Below, in pieces: positions 39,394 to 50,893 of a stretch of 64,000 bases of DNA. The notes beneath the pieces were generated by a model. It saw only the letters and a program-made list of their open reading frames with translations. It ran no database searches and was not told the origin of the DNA. The stretch is from an uncultured delta proteobacterium (GTDB taxonomy: Bacteria > Desulfobacterota > Desulfuromonadia > Desulfuromonadales > BM103). The DNA lies in contig CAVQRZ010000019.1 of assembly GCA_963715335.1 (NCBI GenBank), positions 96,001 through 160,000 of the forward strand. Reading direction: 5' to 3'. A program made the position numbers and the translations under genes. Every line of letters begins with the position of its first letter. The first letter of the stretch is position 1.

Positions 39394-39754
39394 TTGTGGG
39401 AAAGTGCGACAATCCCATTGACAGGGGGGTAAAAAGCCGGTAAATAGGTTTCATTGAAAGTGAGCAGTACCTGCCTGAGCGACCTGAACATACTAAAATT
39501 ATTCCTTTCAGATAGTTTCCAACTTACTTAGTACGGACTGACCCTAAGATCTTTTGACATTCAGGAATTAACGCGCGAAGGCATGTATATCTGCTTCGCA
39601 ACATAAACCTGCCCAAAAAATATCATTTCACATAGCCGTTATTCGGAGAAAAAACCCTGAATTCATAAATGCATTTGTGCAATGTACACGGTAATAGCTG
39701 ACCGTTTGTGTGGTGCCCATGATCAATGAATCGGCTGAACTGCAAGGAGAACAG

Positions 39755-41002
39755 ATGAATCTGAAGGAGCTGAAAGAAAAGAAGATTGCCGAACTTTCGA
39801 CGATTGCCAAGGAACTTGGCGTCGAAGGGGCATCGGGAATGCGCAAGCAAGACCTGATCTTCGCCATTCTCAACACGACCTCCGCCAAGAACGGCGCCAT
39901 ATTCGGTGAAGGGGTACTCGAAATCCTGCCGGATGGTTTTGGCTTTTTGCGGGCGCCAGATGCCAACTACCTGCCCGGGCCGGATGATATCTATGTTTCT
40001 CCTTCGCAGATCCGCCGCTTCAATCTGAAGACCGGTGATACTGTCTCCGGCCAGATCCGGCCGCCGAAAGAGGGTGAGCGTTACTTCGCCCTGCTCAAGG
40101 TGGCCGAGGTCAATTTCGAAAGCCCGGCTGTGGCCCGCGACAAGACTCTCTTTGACAATCTGACGCCGCTCTATCCTGATGAGCGGCTGATCCTCGAGAG
40201 CGACCCGAAGAATCTTTCGGCGCGCGTGATCGACCTGGCCGCTCCGATCGGCAAGGGGCAGCGTGCCTTGATCGTCGCCCCGCCGCGAACCGGCAAAACG
40301 ATCCTGTTGCAGAATATCGCCAATTCGATTACCACCAACCATCCTGAAGTTTACCTGATCGTACTGCTGATCGACGAACGGCCGGAAGAGGTGACCGACA
40401 TGCAGCGGACAGTCAATGGCGAGGTCATCTCCTCGACCTTCGACGAGCCGGCCACGCGCCACGTCCAGGTCGCCGAGATGGTCATCGAGAAAGCCAAACG
40501 CCTGGTTGAACACAAGCGCGACGTGGTTATCCTGCTTGACTCCATTACCCGTCTGGCCCGTGCCTACAATACCGTGGTGCCGCCATCGGGAAAAATCCTC
40601 TCCGGCGGTGTCGATTCCAACGCCCTGCATAAGCCGAAACGTTTCTTCGGCGCGGCGCGCAATATCGAAGAGGGTGGCAGCCTGACGATTATCGCGACGG
40701 CCCTGATTGATACCGGCAGCAAGATGGACGAAGTGATCTTCGAAGAATTCAAGGGCACCGGTAACATGGAACTGGTTCTCGATCGCAAACTGGTCGACAA
40801 GCGGACCTTCCCGGCGATCGACATCAACAAGTCCGGGACCCGCCGTGAAGAACTGCTTATCGACGCAACCAGCCTGCAGCGCATCTGGCTGCTGCGCAAG
40901 GTGCTTTCGTCGATGAACGTGGTTGACAGCATGGAGTTCCTGCTCGACAAGCTCGGCGACGCGAAAACCAACCAGGAGTTCCTCGACAGCATGAATCGTT
41001 AA
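39755..41002 (+). CDS. rho: Transcription termination factor Rho
   Basis: [35 protein letters not shown]. Confidence 0.98.
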   Translation: MNLKELKEKKIAELSTIAKELGVEGASGMRKQDLIFAILNTTSAKNGAIFGEGVLEILPDGFGFLRAPDANYLPGPDDIYVSPSQIRRFNLKTGDTVSGQIRPPKEGERYFALLKVAEVNFESPAVARDKTLFDNLTPLYPDERLILESDPKNLSARVIDLAAPIGKGQRALIVAPPRTGKTILLQNIANSITTNHPEVYLIVLLIDERPEEVTDMQRTVNGEVISSTFDEPATRHVQVAEMVIEKAKRLVEHKRDVVILLDSITRLARAYNTVVPPSGKILSGGVDSNALHKPKRFFGAARNIEEGGSLTIIATALIDTGSKMDEVIFEEFKGTGNMELVLDRKLVDKRTFPAIDINKSGTRREELLIDATSLQRIWLLRKVLSSMNVVDSMEFLLDKLGDAKTNQEFLDSMNR

Positions 41003-41106
41003 AAGGTTGCAATTGCTTTTAAATGGTGGTATTTAAGCACTCTTTTGTGCCTTGGGGCAGACTAAATCCGCGACCTGTACATAGCCAGGTCAACAGGAGT
41101 TGAATC

Positions 41107-41313
41107 ATGAAAGAAGGAATCCATCCAAAATACGAGGCCGCCACGGTCACCTGTCACTGTGGCAACAGCTTTGCGACCAAGTCGACCAAAGCAGGCGATA
41201 TCACCACAGAAATCTGTTCTTCCTGCCATCCGTTTTACACCGGCAAGCAGAAGCTGATGGATACCGCCGGTCGGATCGAGCGTTTCCGCAAGAGATACGA
41301 AAAGAAAGAGTAG
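41107..41313 (+). CDS. rpmE: 50S ribosomal protein L31 (Zn-binding)
   Basis: [23 protein letters not shown]. Confidence 0.97.
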   Translation: MKEGIHPKYEAATVTCHCGNSFATKSTKAGDITTEICSSCHPFYTGKQKLMDTAGRIERFRKRYEKKE

Positions 41314-41456
41314 TGCCATGGGGGCGGCCCTGCTGGACCGTCCCTTTTTTGATGCCGGTTTCCCCGGCGGCCATACCTTGAAAAAATCTCCCGCGTCCCG
41401 TTCCGGGACACGGCCCGGTTCTCCGGACGGCGCGGTCCCATTTGGAAACGAAGGCC

Positions 41457-42143
41457 ATGCTCGTCCAACTCCTCACCTACACGCCCGATCCTGAACAGGT
41501 TGTGGCGGCCGCTGCGCGACTCTGTTATGCCGATGCATCGATTGCCGAGTTGCTTGGCCAGTCGCCGGATCAGCTTGACGGGTTGTTGGGCAAGATTATG
41601 GCGCTCGGCCACTTTTCGGTCCTGGAGCACGCTTCGTTTACCTACGGTATTGAAGGTGTCAGCCGGTCCTGCTCGCATCAGCTGGTACGCCATCGCATTG
41701 CCTCTTTTTCCCAGCAGAGCCAGCGATACGTGTCGCATGATCGGCCCTTCCCTGTGATTGTCCCGGCAACCATCAGTGGCCACCCGGAACTGCTGACACG
41801 TTTTGACGCCCACATGCAGGACACCCATGAGTTGTACCGTGACCTGTTGAACGCCGGCGTCCCGGCCGAGGATGCGAGATTCGTGCTGCCCAACGCTGCG
41901 GCGACGAAGCTCGTGATGACGATGAATGCCAGGGAACTGCATCACTTTTTCGAACTGCGCTGTTGCCGCCGCTCCCAGTGGGAGATTCAAGCCATGGCCA
42001 AAGAGATGCTGCGCCTGGCAAGGCAGGCTGCGCCCAGGCTCTTCACTGCAGCCGGGCCGGGCTGCCTCAGGGCTGCCTGTCCGGAAGGGTCCATGACTTG
42101 CGGGGCGATCAGGGCCGTCCGCGAAGAGTACGCTAAACTCTAA
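41457..42143 (+). CDS. thyX: FAD-dependent thymidylate synthase
   Basis: HFSVLEH, RHRIASFSQQSQRY, EDARFVLP. Confidence 0.96.
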   Translation: MLVQLLTYTPDPEQVVAAAARLCYADASIAELLGQSPDQLDGLLGKIMALGHFSVLEHASFTYGIEGVSRSCSHQLVRHRIASFSQQSQRYVSHDRPFPVIVPATISGHPELLTRFDAHMQDTHELYRDLLNAGVPAEDARFVLPNAAATKLVMTMNARELHHFFELRCCRRSQWEIQAMAKEMLRLARQAAPRLFTAAGPGCLRAACPEGSMTCGAIRAVREEYAKL

Positions 42144-42170
42144 CCTGTGGTTGAGAATGTATAAGTCGCC

Positions 42171-43238
42171 ATGCTGAATAAACTCGAAGAAGTTGTCGAC
42201 CGGTTCCGCGAAGTTGAGGGATTGTTGTCCAACCCGACGGTGGTCAAGGACCAGAACCGTTACCGTGCCCTGACCAAAGAGCATGCCGATTTGATCGATG
42301 TCGTCAGCAGCTACAACCGATATTGCCAGATCCGGCAAGAGATCTCCGGCAGTCAGGAACTGCTCAAAGACCAGGATCCGGACGTACGTGAGATGGCAAG
42401 CGCCGAAGTCACCGAACTGGAAGCCGAAAAAAGCACTCTCGAAGCACAGCTCAAGCAGATGCTTCTGCCAAAAGATCCGAACGATTCACGCAATGTCATC
42501 CTCGAGGTGCGTGCGGGGACCGGCGGCGATGAGGCTGCCCTGTTTGCCGGCGCCCTGTTTCGCATGTACACCCGCTACGCGGAAAACCAGGGGTGGAAGG
42601 TTGAGCTCCTCAGCAGTGCTGAATCGGAAGCGGGAGGCTTCAAGGAAGTTATTGCCATGATCACCGGGAAGGGGGCCTATTCGCGGTTCAAGTACGAAAG
42701 CGGCACACATCGCGTTCAGCGGGTCCCGGAGACCGAGGCGCAGGGTCGCATCCATACCTCGGCCTGTACGGTGGCCGTGCTGCCCGAGGCCGAAGATGTC
42801 GAAGTTGATATCGATCCGTCGGACCTGCGTATTGACCTGTTCCGGGCTTCCGGTGCCGGTGGCCAGCATGTTAACAAGACCGAATCAGCAGTACGGATCA
42901 CCCATGTCCCCACTGGAGTCGTGGTCTCTTGCCAGGATGAAAAATCGCAGCACAAGAACAAGGCCAAGGCGATGAAGGTCCTGCAGTCCCGCCTGCTCGA
43001 TGCCATGCAGGCAGAACAACAGGCAAAGATGGCCGCCGATCGCAAAAGCCAGGTTGGCAGCGGTGACCGTTCCGAGCGCATTCGCACCTACAACTTCCCC
43101 CAGGGGCGCTGCACGGATCACCGGGTTGGACTGACGCTTTACAAGCTCGAAGCAATCATGCAGGGTGACCTGGACGAAGTTATCGAGACCCTGACGACCC
43201 ACTACCAGGCCGAACAGATGGCCGGGCAGGCAGGATAA
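42171..43238 (+). CDS. prfA: Peptide chain release factor 1
   Basis: PET motif (QRVPETE), [12 protein letters not shown]. Confidence 0.97.
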   Translation: MLNKLEEVVDRFREVEGLLSNPTVVKDQNRYRALTKEHADLIDVVSSYNRYCQIRQEISGSQELLKDQDPDVREMASAEVTELEAEKSTLEAQLKQMLLPKDPNDSRNVILEVRAGTGGDEAALFAGALFRMYTRYAENQGWKVELLSSAESEAGGFKEVIAMITGKGAYSRFKYESGTHRVQRVPETEAQGRIHTSACTVAVLPEAEDVEVDIDPSDLRIDLFRASGAGGQHVNKTESAVRITHVPTGVVVSCQDEKSQHKNKAKAMKVLQSRLLDAMQAEQQAKMAADRKSQVGSGDRSERIRTYNFPQGRCTDHRVGLTLYKLEAIMQGDLDEVIETLTTHYQAEQMAGQAG

Positions 43239-43261
43239 CTCTCCACAAGGATTCGCGGCTG

Positions 43262-44122
43262 ATGCGGGTTAAGACTGAGTGCTGGACGGTCCTGAAGCTC
43301 CTGCAGTGGAGCGCAGACTATTTCCGGGAGAAGGGGATCGAGTCGGCCCGCCTGAACGCGGAACAGCTGCTCTCGGCGACTCTCGAGATGGACAGGGTTG
43401 CCCTGTACGTCAACTTTGAACGTCCGCTCAATGCAGGTGAATTGAGCCGTTACCGGGAAAAAGTACAACGACGCGCCGGCCGCGAACCGATCCAGTATAT
43501 CCTGGCTGAAACCGAATTCTGGTCTCTGCCCTTCCAAGTCAACCCGGCGGTGCTGATTCCGCGGGCAGACACTGAGGTGCTGGTCGAAGAGGCCCTGAAA
43601 AAAATTGATGGGTGCTCCAGCGTTCTGGATATCGGGACCGGTAGCGGTGCCATAGCCATTGCCCTGGCCCACGAGAAGCCGGAGCTTCAGGTGACTGCTC
43701 TCGACTGCAGTGAGGGCGCCCTCGAAGTAGCCCGTGACAATGCGCGGCGCAATGGAGTCGAGGGACGGGTCGCTTGTTTGGTCGGTGACCTGAAAAATTT
43801 GCCACCGGGGCCTTTTGACATGATCGTCAGCAATCCTCCCTATATCCCGTCCCGGGACTGGGCGCAGCTGATGCCCGAGGTGCGGGATCATGAGCCGCGG
43901 CTGGCTCTCGACGGTGGTGACGATGGGCTGGAGGCCTATCGCCGGATCGCCGTACAGTCCGTACGGGTCCTGCCGCCAGGGGGATGGTTGCTGGTCGAAA
44001 TTGGGGTTGGGCAGGCCGCGGATGTCACCGCGCTGTTTAAGGCGGCTGGCCTGACAGATGTTGCACAGCGCGATGATTATGCAGGAATACCCAGAGTGGT
44101 TATGGCAAGAGCGAAGCTGTAG
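43262..44122 (+). CDS. prmC: Release factor glutamine methyltransferase
   Basis: LIPRADTE, DIGTGSG, NPPY. Confidence 0.96.
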   Translation: MRVKTECWTVLKLLQWSADYFREKGIESARLNAEQLLSATLEMDRVALYVNFERPLNAGELSRYREKVQRRAGREPIQYILAETEFWSLPFQVNPAVLIPRADTEVLVEEALKKIDGCSSVLDIGTGSGAIAIALAHEKPELQVTALDCSEGALEVARDNARRNGVEGRVACLVGDLKNLPPGPFDMIVSNPPYIPSRDWAQLMPEVRDHEPRLALDGGDDGLEAYRRIAVQSVRVLPPGGWLLVEIGVGQAADVTALFKAAGLTDVAQRDDYAGIPRVVMARAKL

Positions 44123-44155
44123 GCTGTTGAGCTTCAAGCTGTCGAGGATAATATC

Positions 44156-45409
44156 TTGGATAAACTGATTATACATGGTGGTCGTCGTCTCGCAGGTGAA
44201 GTTAAGGTCAGCGGTGCCAAGAACGCCGCCCTGCCGCTGCTCTTTGCCACCCTGCTGGCCCCCGGGCCGCACCGGATCGGCAATTTGCCGCTGCTGCGTG
44301 ACATTACAACGGCAGAACAGCTGCTGGCTGGACTCGGTGCGGAAGTTGACAGCAGCAACGGCATCCTGAAGATCGCTACCGGACAAATCAACAGCATGGA
44401 AGCGCCTTATGACCTGGTGCGAACCATGCGTGCATCGGTCCTGGTCCTTGGCCCGCTGCTGGCCCGTTACGGCCGTGCCCGCGTCAGTCTTCCCGGAGGG
44501 TGCGCCATCGGCGCTCGGCCGATCAACCTGCATCTCAAGGGGCTGGAAGCAATGGGTGCGGAGATCCATCTCAATCACGGCTATGTCGAGGCAAGCGCCA
44601 CGCAGCTTAAGGGTGCGCGGATTTATCTCGACGTTCCGACGGTCGGTGGCACGGAAAACCTGATGATGGCCGCAACCCTGGCCAAGGGTACAACCGTTCT
44701 TGAAAATGCCGCCAGGGAACCTGAGATTGTCGACCTGGCCAACGCCCTGCTGGGGATGGGAGCAAGGATCGAGGGCGCAGGGGCCGATACAATTACTATC
44801 GAAGGTGTCGACGAGCTGAGACCGATGGACTACCGGGTCATGCCGGACCGGATCGAGGCAGGGACTTTCCTCGTTGCGGCGGCCATGACCGGCGGTCGGG
44901 TCGGGATCAGAGGCGGATGCCCGGAGCACCTGGAGGCGTTGCTGAGCAAACTCGAAGAGGTCGGTGCGACGATAGAGGCGGACCAGGACGCACTTTGGGT
45001 TCAGGGTCCCGAGGAGCTCAGGTCAGTCAATATCAAAACCCAGCCACATCCGGGTTTTCCGACTGATATGCAGGCTCAGTTCATGGCGATGATGACCCTC
45101 GGCAAAGGCACCAGCATGATTACCGAGGCCGTATTCGAGAACCGCTTCATGCATGTCTGCGAGTTGCAACGGATGGGTGCCGATATCTCAATCGAGGGCC
45201 ACACGGCGACCGTTAAGGGTGTCAACGGTCTGCTGGGTGCCCCGGTGATGGCCACCGACCTGCGCGCCAGCGCCTGCCTGGTCCTTGCCGGACTGGCAGC
45301 GGACAATACCACCGAAATCAGCCGTATCTATCACCTGGATCGCGGCTACGAGAGACTGGAAGAAAAATTCCGCAGCCTGGGCGCGGATATCGAGCGCGTC
45401 ACGGCATAA
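44156..45409 (+). CDS. murA: UDP-N-acetylglucosamine 1-carboxyvinyltransferase
   Basis: [26 protein letters not shown]. Confidence 0.97.
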   Translation: MDKLIIHGGRRLAGEVKVSGAKNAALPLLFATLLAPGPHRIGNLPLLRDITTAEQLLAGLGAEVDSSNGILKIATGQINSMEAPYDLVRTMRASVLVLGPLLARYGRARVSLPGGCAIGARPINLHLKGLEAMGAEIHLNHGYVEASATQLKGARIYLDVPTVGGTENLMMAATLAKGTTVLENAAREPEIVDLANALLGMGARIEGAGADTITIEGVDELRPMDYRVMPDRIEAGTFLVAAAMTGGRVGIRGGCPEHLEALLSKLEEVGATIEADQDALWVQGPEELRSVNIKTQPHPGFPTDMQAQFMAMMTLGKGTSMITEAVFENRFMHVCELQRMGADISIEGHTATVKGVNGLLGAPVMATDLRASACLVLAGLAADNTTEISRIYHLDRGYERLEEKFRSLGADIERVTA

Positions 45410-45415
45410 AAACTT

Positions 45416-45495
45416 AGTGACTGGGAATTGGGGACTGGTTAAACTGCCAAATCATCTGACAACTTGGCAAGCCCCCAGCCCCCAGCCTCCAGCCA
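45416..45495. repeat. Inverted heptamer repeats between murA and hisG (same family as in hypD)
   Basis: gactgggaattggggactgg ... cccccagcccccagcctccagcc. Confidence 0.7.
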
Positions 45496-45505
45496 CGGAC
45501 TTGTA

Positions 45506-46168
45506 ATGAGTGACTATCTGACTTTTGCCCTGCCCAAGGGGCGCATCATGCAGGACTCCATGGACCTGTTTGCCAGGATCGGCATCACCTGTCCGGAAAT
45601 GGACGATCCCGGGCGCAAACTGGTCTTTGAGAACCATGCTGACAAGCTGCGGTTCATGGCCGTTCGTGCTCAGGATGTGCCGACTTACGTCGAACATGGC
45701 TGCGCTGATATCGGCGTGGTCGGCAAAGACACCCTGCTGGAGCAGGGCCGGGACCTCTACGAGCCGCTCGACCTGCAGTTCGGCTACTGTCGCCTGGTCG
45801 TCGCCGAGCCGAAAGAGCTGCAAAAGGACGACGACCCTGCCGGCTGGTCGAACATCCGTGTGGCCACCAAGTACCCCAATGTCACGGAAAAATTCTTCGC
45901 CGCCAAGGGCGTCCAGGTTGAAGTCATCAAACTGTACGGATCGATCGAGCTTTCACCGCTGGTCGGTCTGGCCGAACGGATCGTCGACCTGGTCTCGACC
46001 GGAGGGACCATGCGCGAAAATGGCCTGGTCGAAGTGGAGACGATCGCCGAGGTGACCAGTCGGCTGATCGTCAACCGCGCCAGTCTCAAGACCAAGCACC
46101 GCCGCATCTCCCGATTAATAGAAGACCTGGAAAAGGTCATCGAGGATGGTCCGCGGATTTCAGGTTAG
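45506..46168 (+). CDS. hisG: ATP phosphoribosyltransferase, short form
   Basis: ALPKGR, VATKYP, GSIEL, IVDLVSTGGT; no C-terminal regulatory domain. Confidence 0.95.
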   Translation: MSDYLTFALPKGRIMQDSMDLFARIGITCPEMDDPGRKLVFENHADKLRFMAVRAQDVPTYVEHGCADIGVVGKDTLLEQGRDLYEPLDLQFGYCRLVVAEPKELQKDDDPAGWSNIRVATKYPNVTEKFFAAKGVQVEVIKLYGSIELSPLVGLAERIVDLVSTGGTMRENGLVEVETIAEVTSRLIVNRASLKTKHRRISRLIEDLEKVIEDGPRISG

Positions 46169-46191
46169 GAACGGCTGCAGAGGGAGAGATA

Positions 46192-47487
46192 ATGATGCGT
46201 TTTCTGCATTTTTCAGATGCCGGTTTTGCCGAGGCTTTTCGCGCGATCAGTGAACGTGGCGAGACGACCCCTGCCGGGATCTTGGAGACCGTCGAGGCGA
46301 TCCTGGCCGACGTCCGTAAACGCGGCGATGCCGCCCTTTTTGAATACACGGAACGCTTTGATCGCCTCAAGCTTGACGCCACGACTCTCGAAGTCTCCGC
46401 GACTGAAATCGAACAGGCGCTGGCCGAGGTTGACCGGGAGACCTTGGCAACCTTGCAGCTTGCTGCCGACCGGATTGCCAGTTTCCATCGCCGGCAGAAG
46501 GAAGAGTCCTGGCTTTCGGATGATGAGCCGGATATCCGGCTTGGCCAGATGGTCACGCCCCTGGACCGGGTTGGCATTTATGTACCCGGCGGCAAGGCGG
46601 CATACCCTTCTTCAGTACTGATGAATGCCGTGCCGGCCAAGGTGGCCGGAGTTGGCGAAATCATCATGGTTGTGCCAATGCCTGACGGTGTGGTCAACCC
46701 ATATGTCCTGGCCGCGGCCCATATCGCAGGGGTTGACCGGATTTTCAAGATCGGCGGCGCCCAGGCGGTTGCGGCCCTGGCCTACGGCACGGCAAGCATC
46801 CCGAAGGTCGACAAGATCACCGGGCCCGGTAACATTTATGTTGCCACAGCCAAACGGCTGGTCTTCGGCACGGTTGATATCGACATGATCGCCGGTCCGA
46901 GTGAAATCCTGGTCATCAACGACGGCAGCGGCGAGCCTGCCCATATCGCTGCCGACCTGCTTTCCCAGGCTGAACACGATGAACTGGCGGCCTCGATCCT
47001 GATCACCACCGACGAAGCTTTTGGCCGCCGGGTGGTCGACGAACTTGAACGCCAGCTTGCGCAGCTGTCACGTGCAGCTATCGCCCGGCAGTCGATTGAC
47101 AACTACGGGGCGGTCATTGTCGCCCGCGACCTCGCCGAAGCGACAGAGTTCAGTAACCGGATCGCCCCCGAACATCTCGAACTCGCGGTTGCGGAGCCTT
47201 TCGAACTGTTGCCGCTGGTTCGGCATGCCGGCGCCGTTTTCCTCGGCCACCACACCCCGGAGGCGGCCGGTGATTATTTGGCCGGGCCGAACCATACTCT
47301 ACCGACCGGGGGAACAGCACGCTTCTTCTCGCCGCTGGGCACCGAAGACTTCATCAAGAAGTCGAGCCTGATCTCCTTCAGCAAGGAGGGGCTGGAGCGG
47401 CTTGGCGAGAGCATCGTCAAAATTGCCGAACTTGAAGGCCTGCAAGCCCATGCCCGATCGGTACAGATCAGGCTGGGCAAGGGCTAA
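46192..47487 (+). CDS. hisD: Histidinol dehydrogenase
   Basis: [38 protein letters not shown]. Confidence 0.97.
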   Translation: MMRFLHFSDAGFAEAFRAISERGETTPAGILETVEAILADVRKRGDAALFEYTERFDRLKLDATTLEVSATEIEQALAEVDRETLATLQLAADRIASFHRRQKEESWLSDDEPDIRLGQMVTPLDRVGIYVPGGKAAYPSSVLMNAVPAKVAGVGEIIMVVPMPDGVVNPYVLAAAHIAGVDRIFKIGGAQAVAALAYGTASIPKVDKITGPGNIYVATAKRLVFGTVDIDMIAGPSEILVINDGSGEPAHIAADLLSQAEHDELAASILITTDEAFGRRVVDELERQLAQLSRAAIARQSIDNYGAVIVARDLAEATEFSNRIAPEHLELAVAEPFELLPLVRHAGAVFLGHHTPEAAGDYLAGPNHTLPTGGTARFFSPLGTEDFIKKSSLISFSKEGLERLGESIVKIAELEGLQAHARSVQIRLGKG

Positions 47488-47513
47488 ACAGCATTGACTC
47501 TCTGGAGGAGACC

Positions 47514-48104
47514 ATGGCACGGACTGCCACGATCAAGCGCACGACCAAAGAAACCGAGATCAGCGTAACTCTGAACCTGGATGGTCGTGGTACGCATGGA
47601 ATTGAATCCGGCGTGCCCTTTCTCGACCATATGCTGACCCAAATCGCCCGGCACGGGTTCTTCGATCTGCAGGTCAGTGCCAAAGGAGACCTGGAGATTG
47701 ACGCTCACCACACGGTTGAGGACCTCGGGATCTGCCTGGGCGAAGCCTTCAAGCAGGCGTTAGGCGACAAGTCGGGAGTGCGCCGTTATGGTCGTGGGAC
47801 CATGCCGATGCACGAAGCACTGGCCGCAGTGGTGATCGATTTCTCCGGCCGGCCGTTTCTCGTCTATAACGTGCCCCTGCCGAAGGCCCAGATCGGCAAC
47901 TTCGAACTGGAACTGGTCGAAGAGTTTTTCACGGCGTTCTGTAACCATGCCGGCGCCAACGTGCACGTCAATCTGGCCTATGGCGACAACCTGCATCACA
48001 TCGTCGAGGCGGTTTACAAGGCTTTTGCCCGGGCTCTGGATGAAGCGACACAGCTGGACCCGAGAGTCGATGGAGTCCTCTCATCCAAGGGGACGTTAGA
48101 GTAA
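47514..48104 (+). CDS. hisB: Imidazoleglycerol-phosphate dehydratase
   Basis: [25 protein letters not shown]. Confidence 0.97.
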   Translation: MARTATIKRTTKETEISVTLNLDGRGTHGIESGVPFLDHMLTQIARHGFFDLQVSAKGDLEIDAHHTVEDLGICLGEAFKQALGDKSGVRRYGRGTMPMHEALAAVVIDFSGRPFLVYNVPLPKAQIGNFELELVEEFFTAFCNHAGANVHVNLAYGDNLHHIVEAVYKAFARALDEATQLDPRVDGVLSSKGTLE

Positions 48105-48117
48105 ATATATCAAGAAG

Positions 48118-48218
48118 AGAATCCAGAATCCGGAATTCAGGAGCCAGAATCCAGGATCAGGATTGCAAAGCCTTTCTTCTGAATACTTAATTCTGGATAC
48201 TGGATACCTGGTTCTGAA
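48118..48218. repeat. Inverted heptamer repeats (CCAGAAT / ATTCTGG) between hisB and hisH
   Basis: agaatccagaatccggaattcaggagccagaatccagg ... ttctgaatacttaattctggatactggatacc. Confidence 0.75.
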
Positions 48219-48237
48219 CACGGAACACTTAAGAGAC

Positions 48238-48861
48238 ATGATTACCATCATCGATTATGAAATGGGCAACCTGCGCAGTGTCGAGAAAGCTTTCGAGAGT
48301 CTCGGCTTTGCGGCACGGGTCAGCAGCAATCCTGAAGATCTGCTGGCAACAGACAAAATCGTGCTTCCTGGGGTCGGGGCTTTCAGGGATTGTCTCGATA
48401 ACCTGCGTAACGGAGGTTTTGTCGGGCCGTTACTGCAGCACATCGAGGCAGGCAAGCCGCTGCTCGGTATCTGTGTCGGCATGCAGATGCTTTTTGATGA
48501 AAGTGAAGAGTTTGGCCACCATCAAGGGCTTGGCTTGATCCCTGGCAAAGTGACCCGTTTCCCGGCCGGGATGGAAGAGGGCGGGGAGCGCCTCAAGGTG
48601 CCCCATATGGGCTGGAACACCATCGAGATCAAGCAGGCTGCCCCTATCTTCAAAGGCACCGCACAAGGGAGTTATGTCTACTTCGTGCACTCCTACTACT
48701 GTGCGGCTGACAACCCGGACGATGTTGCAGCGAGTTGCCGCTACGGAGACATCGAGTTCTCTGCGGCAATCTGGCGAGACAACCTCATGGCCACCCAGTT
48801 TCACCCGGAGAAGAGCCAGGATATCGGCCTGAATATTTTCAGGAATTTTGGTGAATTATAA
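48238..48861 (+). CDS. hisH: Imidazole glycerol phosphate synthase, glutaminase subunit
   Basis: GNLRSV, LPGVG, GICVGMQ, VPHMGWN, QFHPEKS. Confidence 0.97.
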   Translation: MITIIDYEMGNLRSVEKAFESLGFAARVSSNPEDLLATDKIVLPGVGAFRDCLDNLRNGGFVGPLLQHIEAGKPLLGICVGMQMLFDESEEFGHHQGLGLIPGKVTRFPAGMEEGGERLKVPHMGWNTIEIKQAAPIFKGTAQGSYVYFVHSYYCAADNPDDVAASCRYGDIEFSAAIWRDNLMATQFHPEKSQDIGLNIFRNFGEL

Positions 48862-48866
48862 ATAAA

Positions 48867-48894
48867 GCGTGAAGTGCGAGATGCGAAGCGCGAA
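48867..48894. repeat. Heptamer repeat remnant between hisH and hisA
   Basis: gcgtgaagtgcgagatgcgaagcgcgaa, same unit as at 18850. Confidence 0.55.
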
Positions 48895-48917
48895 TAAAAA
48901 AAGGTCTAAAGCATAAG

Positions 48918-49652
48918 ATGATCATTCTCCCCGCAATCGATTTGAAAGAGGGCAAGTGTGTCCGGCTTGAGCAGGGCTTGATGGACCGGGACACCGTCTA
49001 CAACGACAACCCGGGCGAGCAGGCCCGCATCTGGCAGGAGCAGGGTGGCGAACTGTTGCACATCGTCGATCTCGATGGGGCTTTTGCCGGAGTGCCGAAA
49101 AACCAGCAAGCGATCAAGGCAATCGTTGCTGCCATCAACATTCCATCTGAGTTGGGTGGCGGTATTCGTGATCTGCAGACCATCGAAGCCTATCTCGAGC
49201 TCGGTATCGACCGGGTGATTCTCGGTACTGTGGCCAAGGAAAATCCGGCACTGGTTAAAGAGGCCTGCAAGAAGTTCCCGGGACGGATTGTGGTTGGGAT
49301 CGACGCCAAGAATGGCCTGGTGGCGGTCCGTGGCTGGGCCGATGTCACCGAGAAGAAGGCGACCGAGATGGCCAAGGAGATGGAAGGCTTCGGGGTTGAG
49401 GCGATTATCTACACAGACATCACTCGTGACGGCATGATGCAGGGGCCGAACATCGAGGCGACCAGGAATCTGGCCGAGTCGATCAATATCCCGGTGATTG
49501 CTTCCGGGGGGCTGTCAACTCTTGATGATATTAGAAGGTTGATGGCGATCGAGACGTCCGGAGTGACGGGGGTGATAACCGGCAAGGCTATCTATTCCGG
49601 AGCCATAAACCTGCGCGAGGCGGTGGCCTTGACCAAAGGGGAGATCGCGTAG
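48918..49652 (+). CDS. hisA: ProFAR isomerase
   Basis: [30 protein letters not shown]. Confidence 0.97.
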   Translation: MIILPAIDLKEGKCVRLEQGLMDRDTVYNDNPGEQARIWQEQGGELLHIVDLDGAFAGVPKNQQAIKAIVAAINIPSELGGGIRDLQTIEAYLELGIDRVILGTVAKENPALVKEACKKFPGRIVVGIDAKNGLVAVRGWADVTEKKATEMAKEMEGFGVEAIIYTDITRDGMMQGPNIEATRNLAESINIPVIASGGLSTLDDIRRLMAIETSGVTGVITGKAIYSGAINLREAVALTKGEIA

Positions 49653-49653
49653 C

Positions 49654-50421
49654 ATGTTGGCAAAACGAATCATCCCTTGTCTCGACGTCAAGGATGGCCG
49701 GGTGGTCAAGGGCGTGCAGTTTGTTGAACTTCGCGATGCCGGAGACCCGGTCGAGGCCGCTGAAGCTTATGACGCCCAGGGTGCCGACGAGCTGACTTTT
49801 CTCGATATTACTGCCTCCAGCGACAAACGCAGTATTATCCTCGACGTGGTGGCCCGGACGGCCGAACGGGTCTTCATGCCGCTGACGGTCGGCGGCGGGG
49901 TTCGTGAAATTGCCGATATCCGCAAGCTGCTCAATGCCGGTGCCGACAAGGTGTCAATCAACACCGCAGCGGTGCATCGCCCTGAGTTTGTCCGCGAGGC
50001 CGCTGAACGTTTCGGCTGCCAGTGTATTGTCGTCGCTATTGATGCCAGGAGGGTGCCGGGCAGTGATCCCTTGGCCTGGGAAGTTTACACCCACGGCGGA
50101 CGAAATCCGACCGGCATCGACGTCCTGGAATGGGCAAGTCGGATGCAAAGATATGGTGCCGGCGAGATCCTTTTGACCTCGATGGATTGCGATGGCACCA
50201 AGGATGGCTATGATATTCCACTGACCCGTGCGGTCAGTGACCGGGTTGATGTCCCGGTTATCGCCTCCGGGGGGGTCGGCAACCTCGAGCATATCCGCGA
50301 GGGCCTCGTTGAAGGCGGCGCCAGTGCCGCATTGGCGGCGAGCATCTTTCACTTTCGTGAGTATACGATAGGGGAATGCAAGGCCTATCTGCGCGAGCAC
50401 AGCGTGCCTGTGCGGGTTTGA
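49654..50421 (+). CDS. hisF: Imidazole glycerol phosphate synthase, cyclase subunit
   Basis: [28 protein letters not shown]. Confidence 0.97.
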   Translation: MLAKRIIPCLDVKDGRVVKGVQFVELRDAGDPVEAAEAYDAQGADELTFLDITASSDKRSIILDVVARTAERVFMPLTVGGGVREIADIRKLLNAGADKVSINTAAVHRPEFVREAAERFGCQCIVVAIDARRVPGSDPLAWEVYTHGGRNPTGIDVLEWASRMQRYGAGEILLTSMDCDGTKDGYDIPLTRAVSDRVDVPVIASGGVGNLEHIREGLVEGGASAALAASIFHFREYTIGECKAYLREHSVPVRV

Positions 50422-50443
50422 TCCTTCTGGAAACAGGCTCTTA

Positions 50444-50506
50444 GCCACAAAGACTCAAAGACACCAAGAAGAATTGATGGGCTTTGCGTCTTAGTGTCTT
50501 GGCAGC
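50444..50506. repeat. Inverted octamer repeats (CAAAGACA / TGTCTT) between hisF and hisE
   Basis: gccacaaagactcaaagacaccaag ... ctttgcgtcttagtgtcttggcagc. Confidence 0.65.
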
Positions 50507-50544
50507 ACTTTGGAGCTTTCGGTTCTTAACTTAAGGCGAAGTAA

Positions 50545-50871
50545 ATGAAAGACGACAAAAATATTCTGGATGCGGTTTATCAGGTGATCCAGGAACGCAA
50601 AAACAATCCATCGACGAAGTCCTACGTTGCTTCGCTTTACGCCAAGGGGCTGGACAAGATCCTCGGCAAGATCGGTGAAGAAGCAACCGAGGTGGCCGTG
50701 GCCGGCAAGGGTGCCAAGGTCGATGAGATTGTCAACGAAGTCGCAGACCTCTGGTTCCACACCCTGGTGCTGCTCAGTTATTACGATTTGACCCCGGAAC
50801 AAATTTACGCAGAACTTGAGCGCCGCTTCGGCACGTCCGGCCTGGAGGAAAAGGCCGGTCGGGTCGACTGA
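50545..50871 (+). CDS. hisE: Phosphoribosyl-ATP diphosphatase
   Basis: SYVASL, KIGEEATE, EVADLWFH, RRFGTSGLEEK. Confidence 0.95.
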   Translation: MKDDKNILDAVYQVIQERKNNPSTKSYVASLYAKGLDKILGKIGEEATEVAVAGKGAKVDEIVNEVADLWFHTLVLLSYYDLTPEQIYAELERRFGTSGLEEKAGRVD

Positions 50872-50893
50872 GTCGGTGGGAGATCCAAGCATT

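Noticed and set aside
48118..48218. Short tandem repeats as a possible CRISPR array
   Set aside because: 7-8 nt units without spacers; no cas genes
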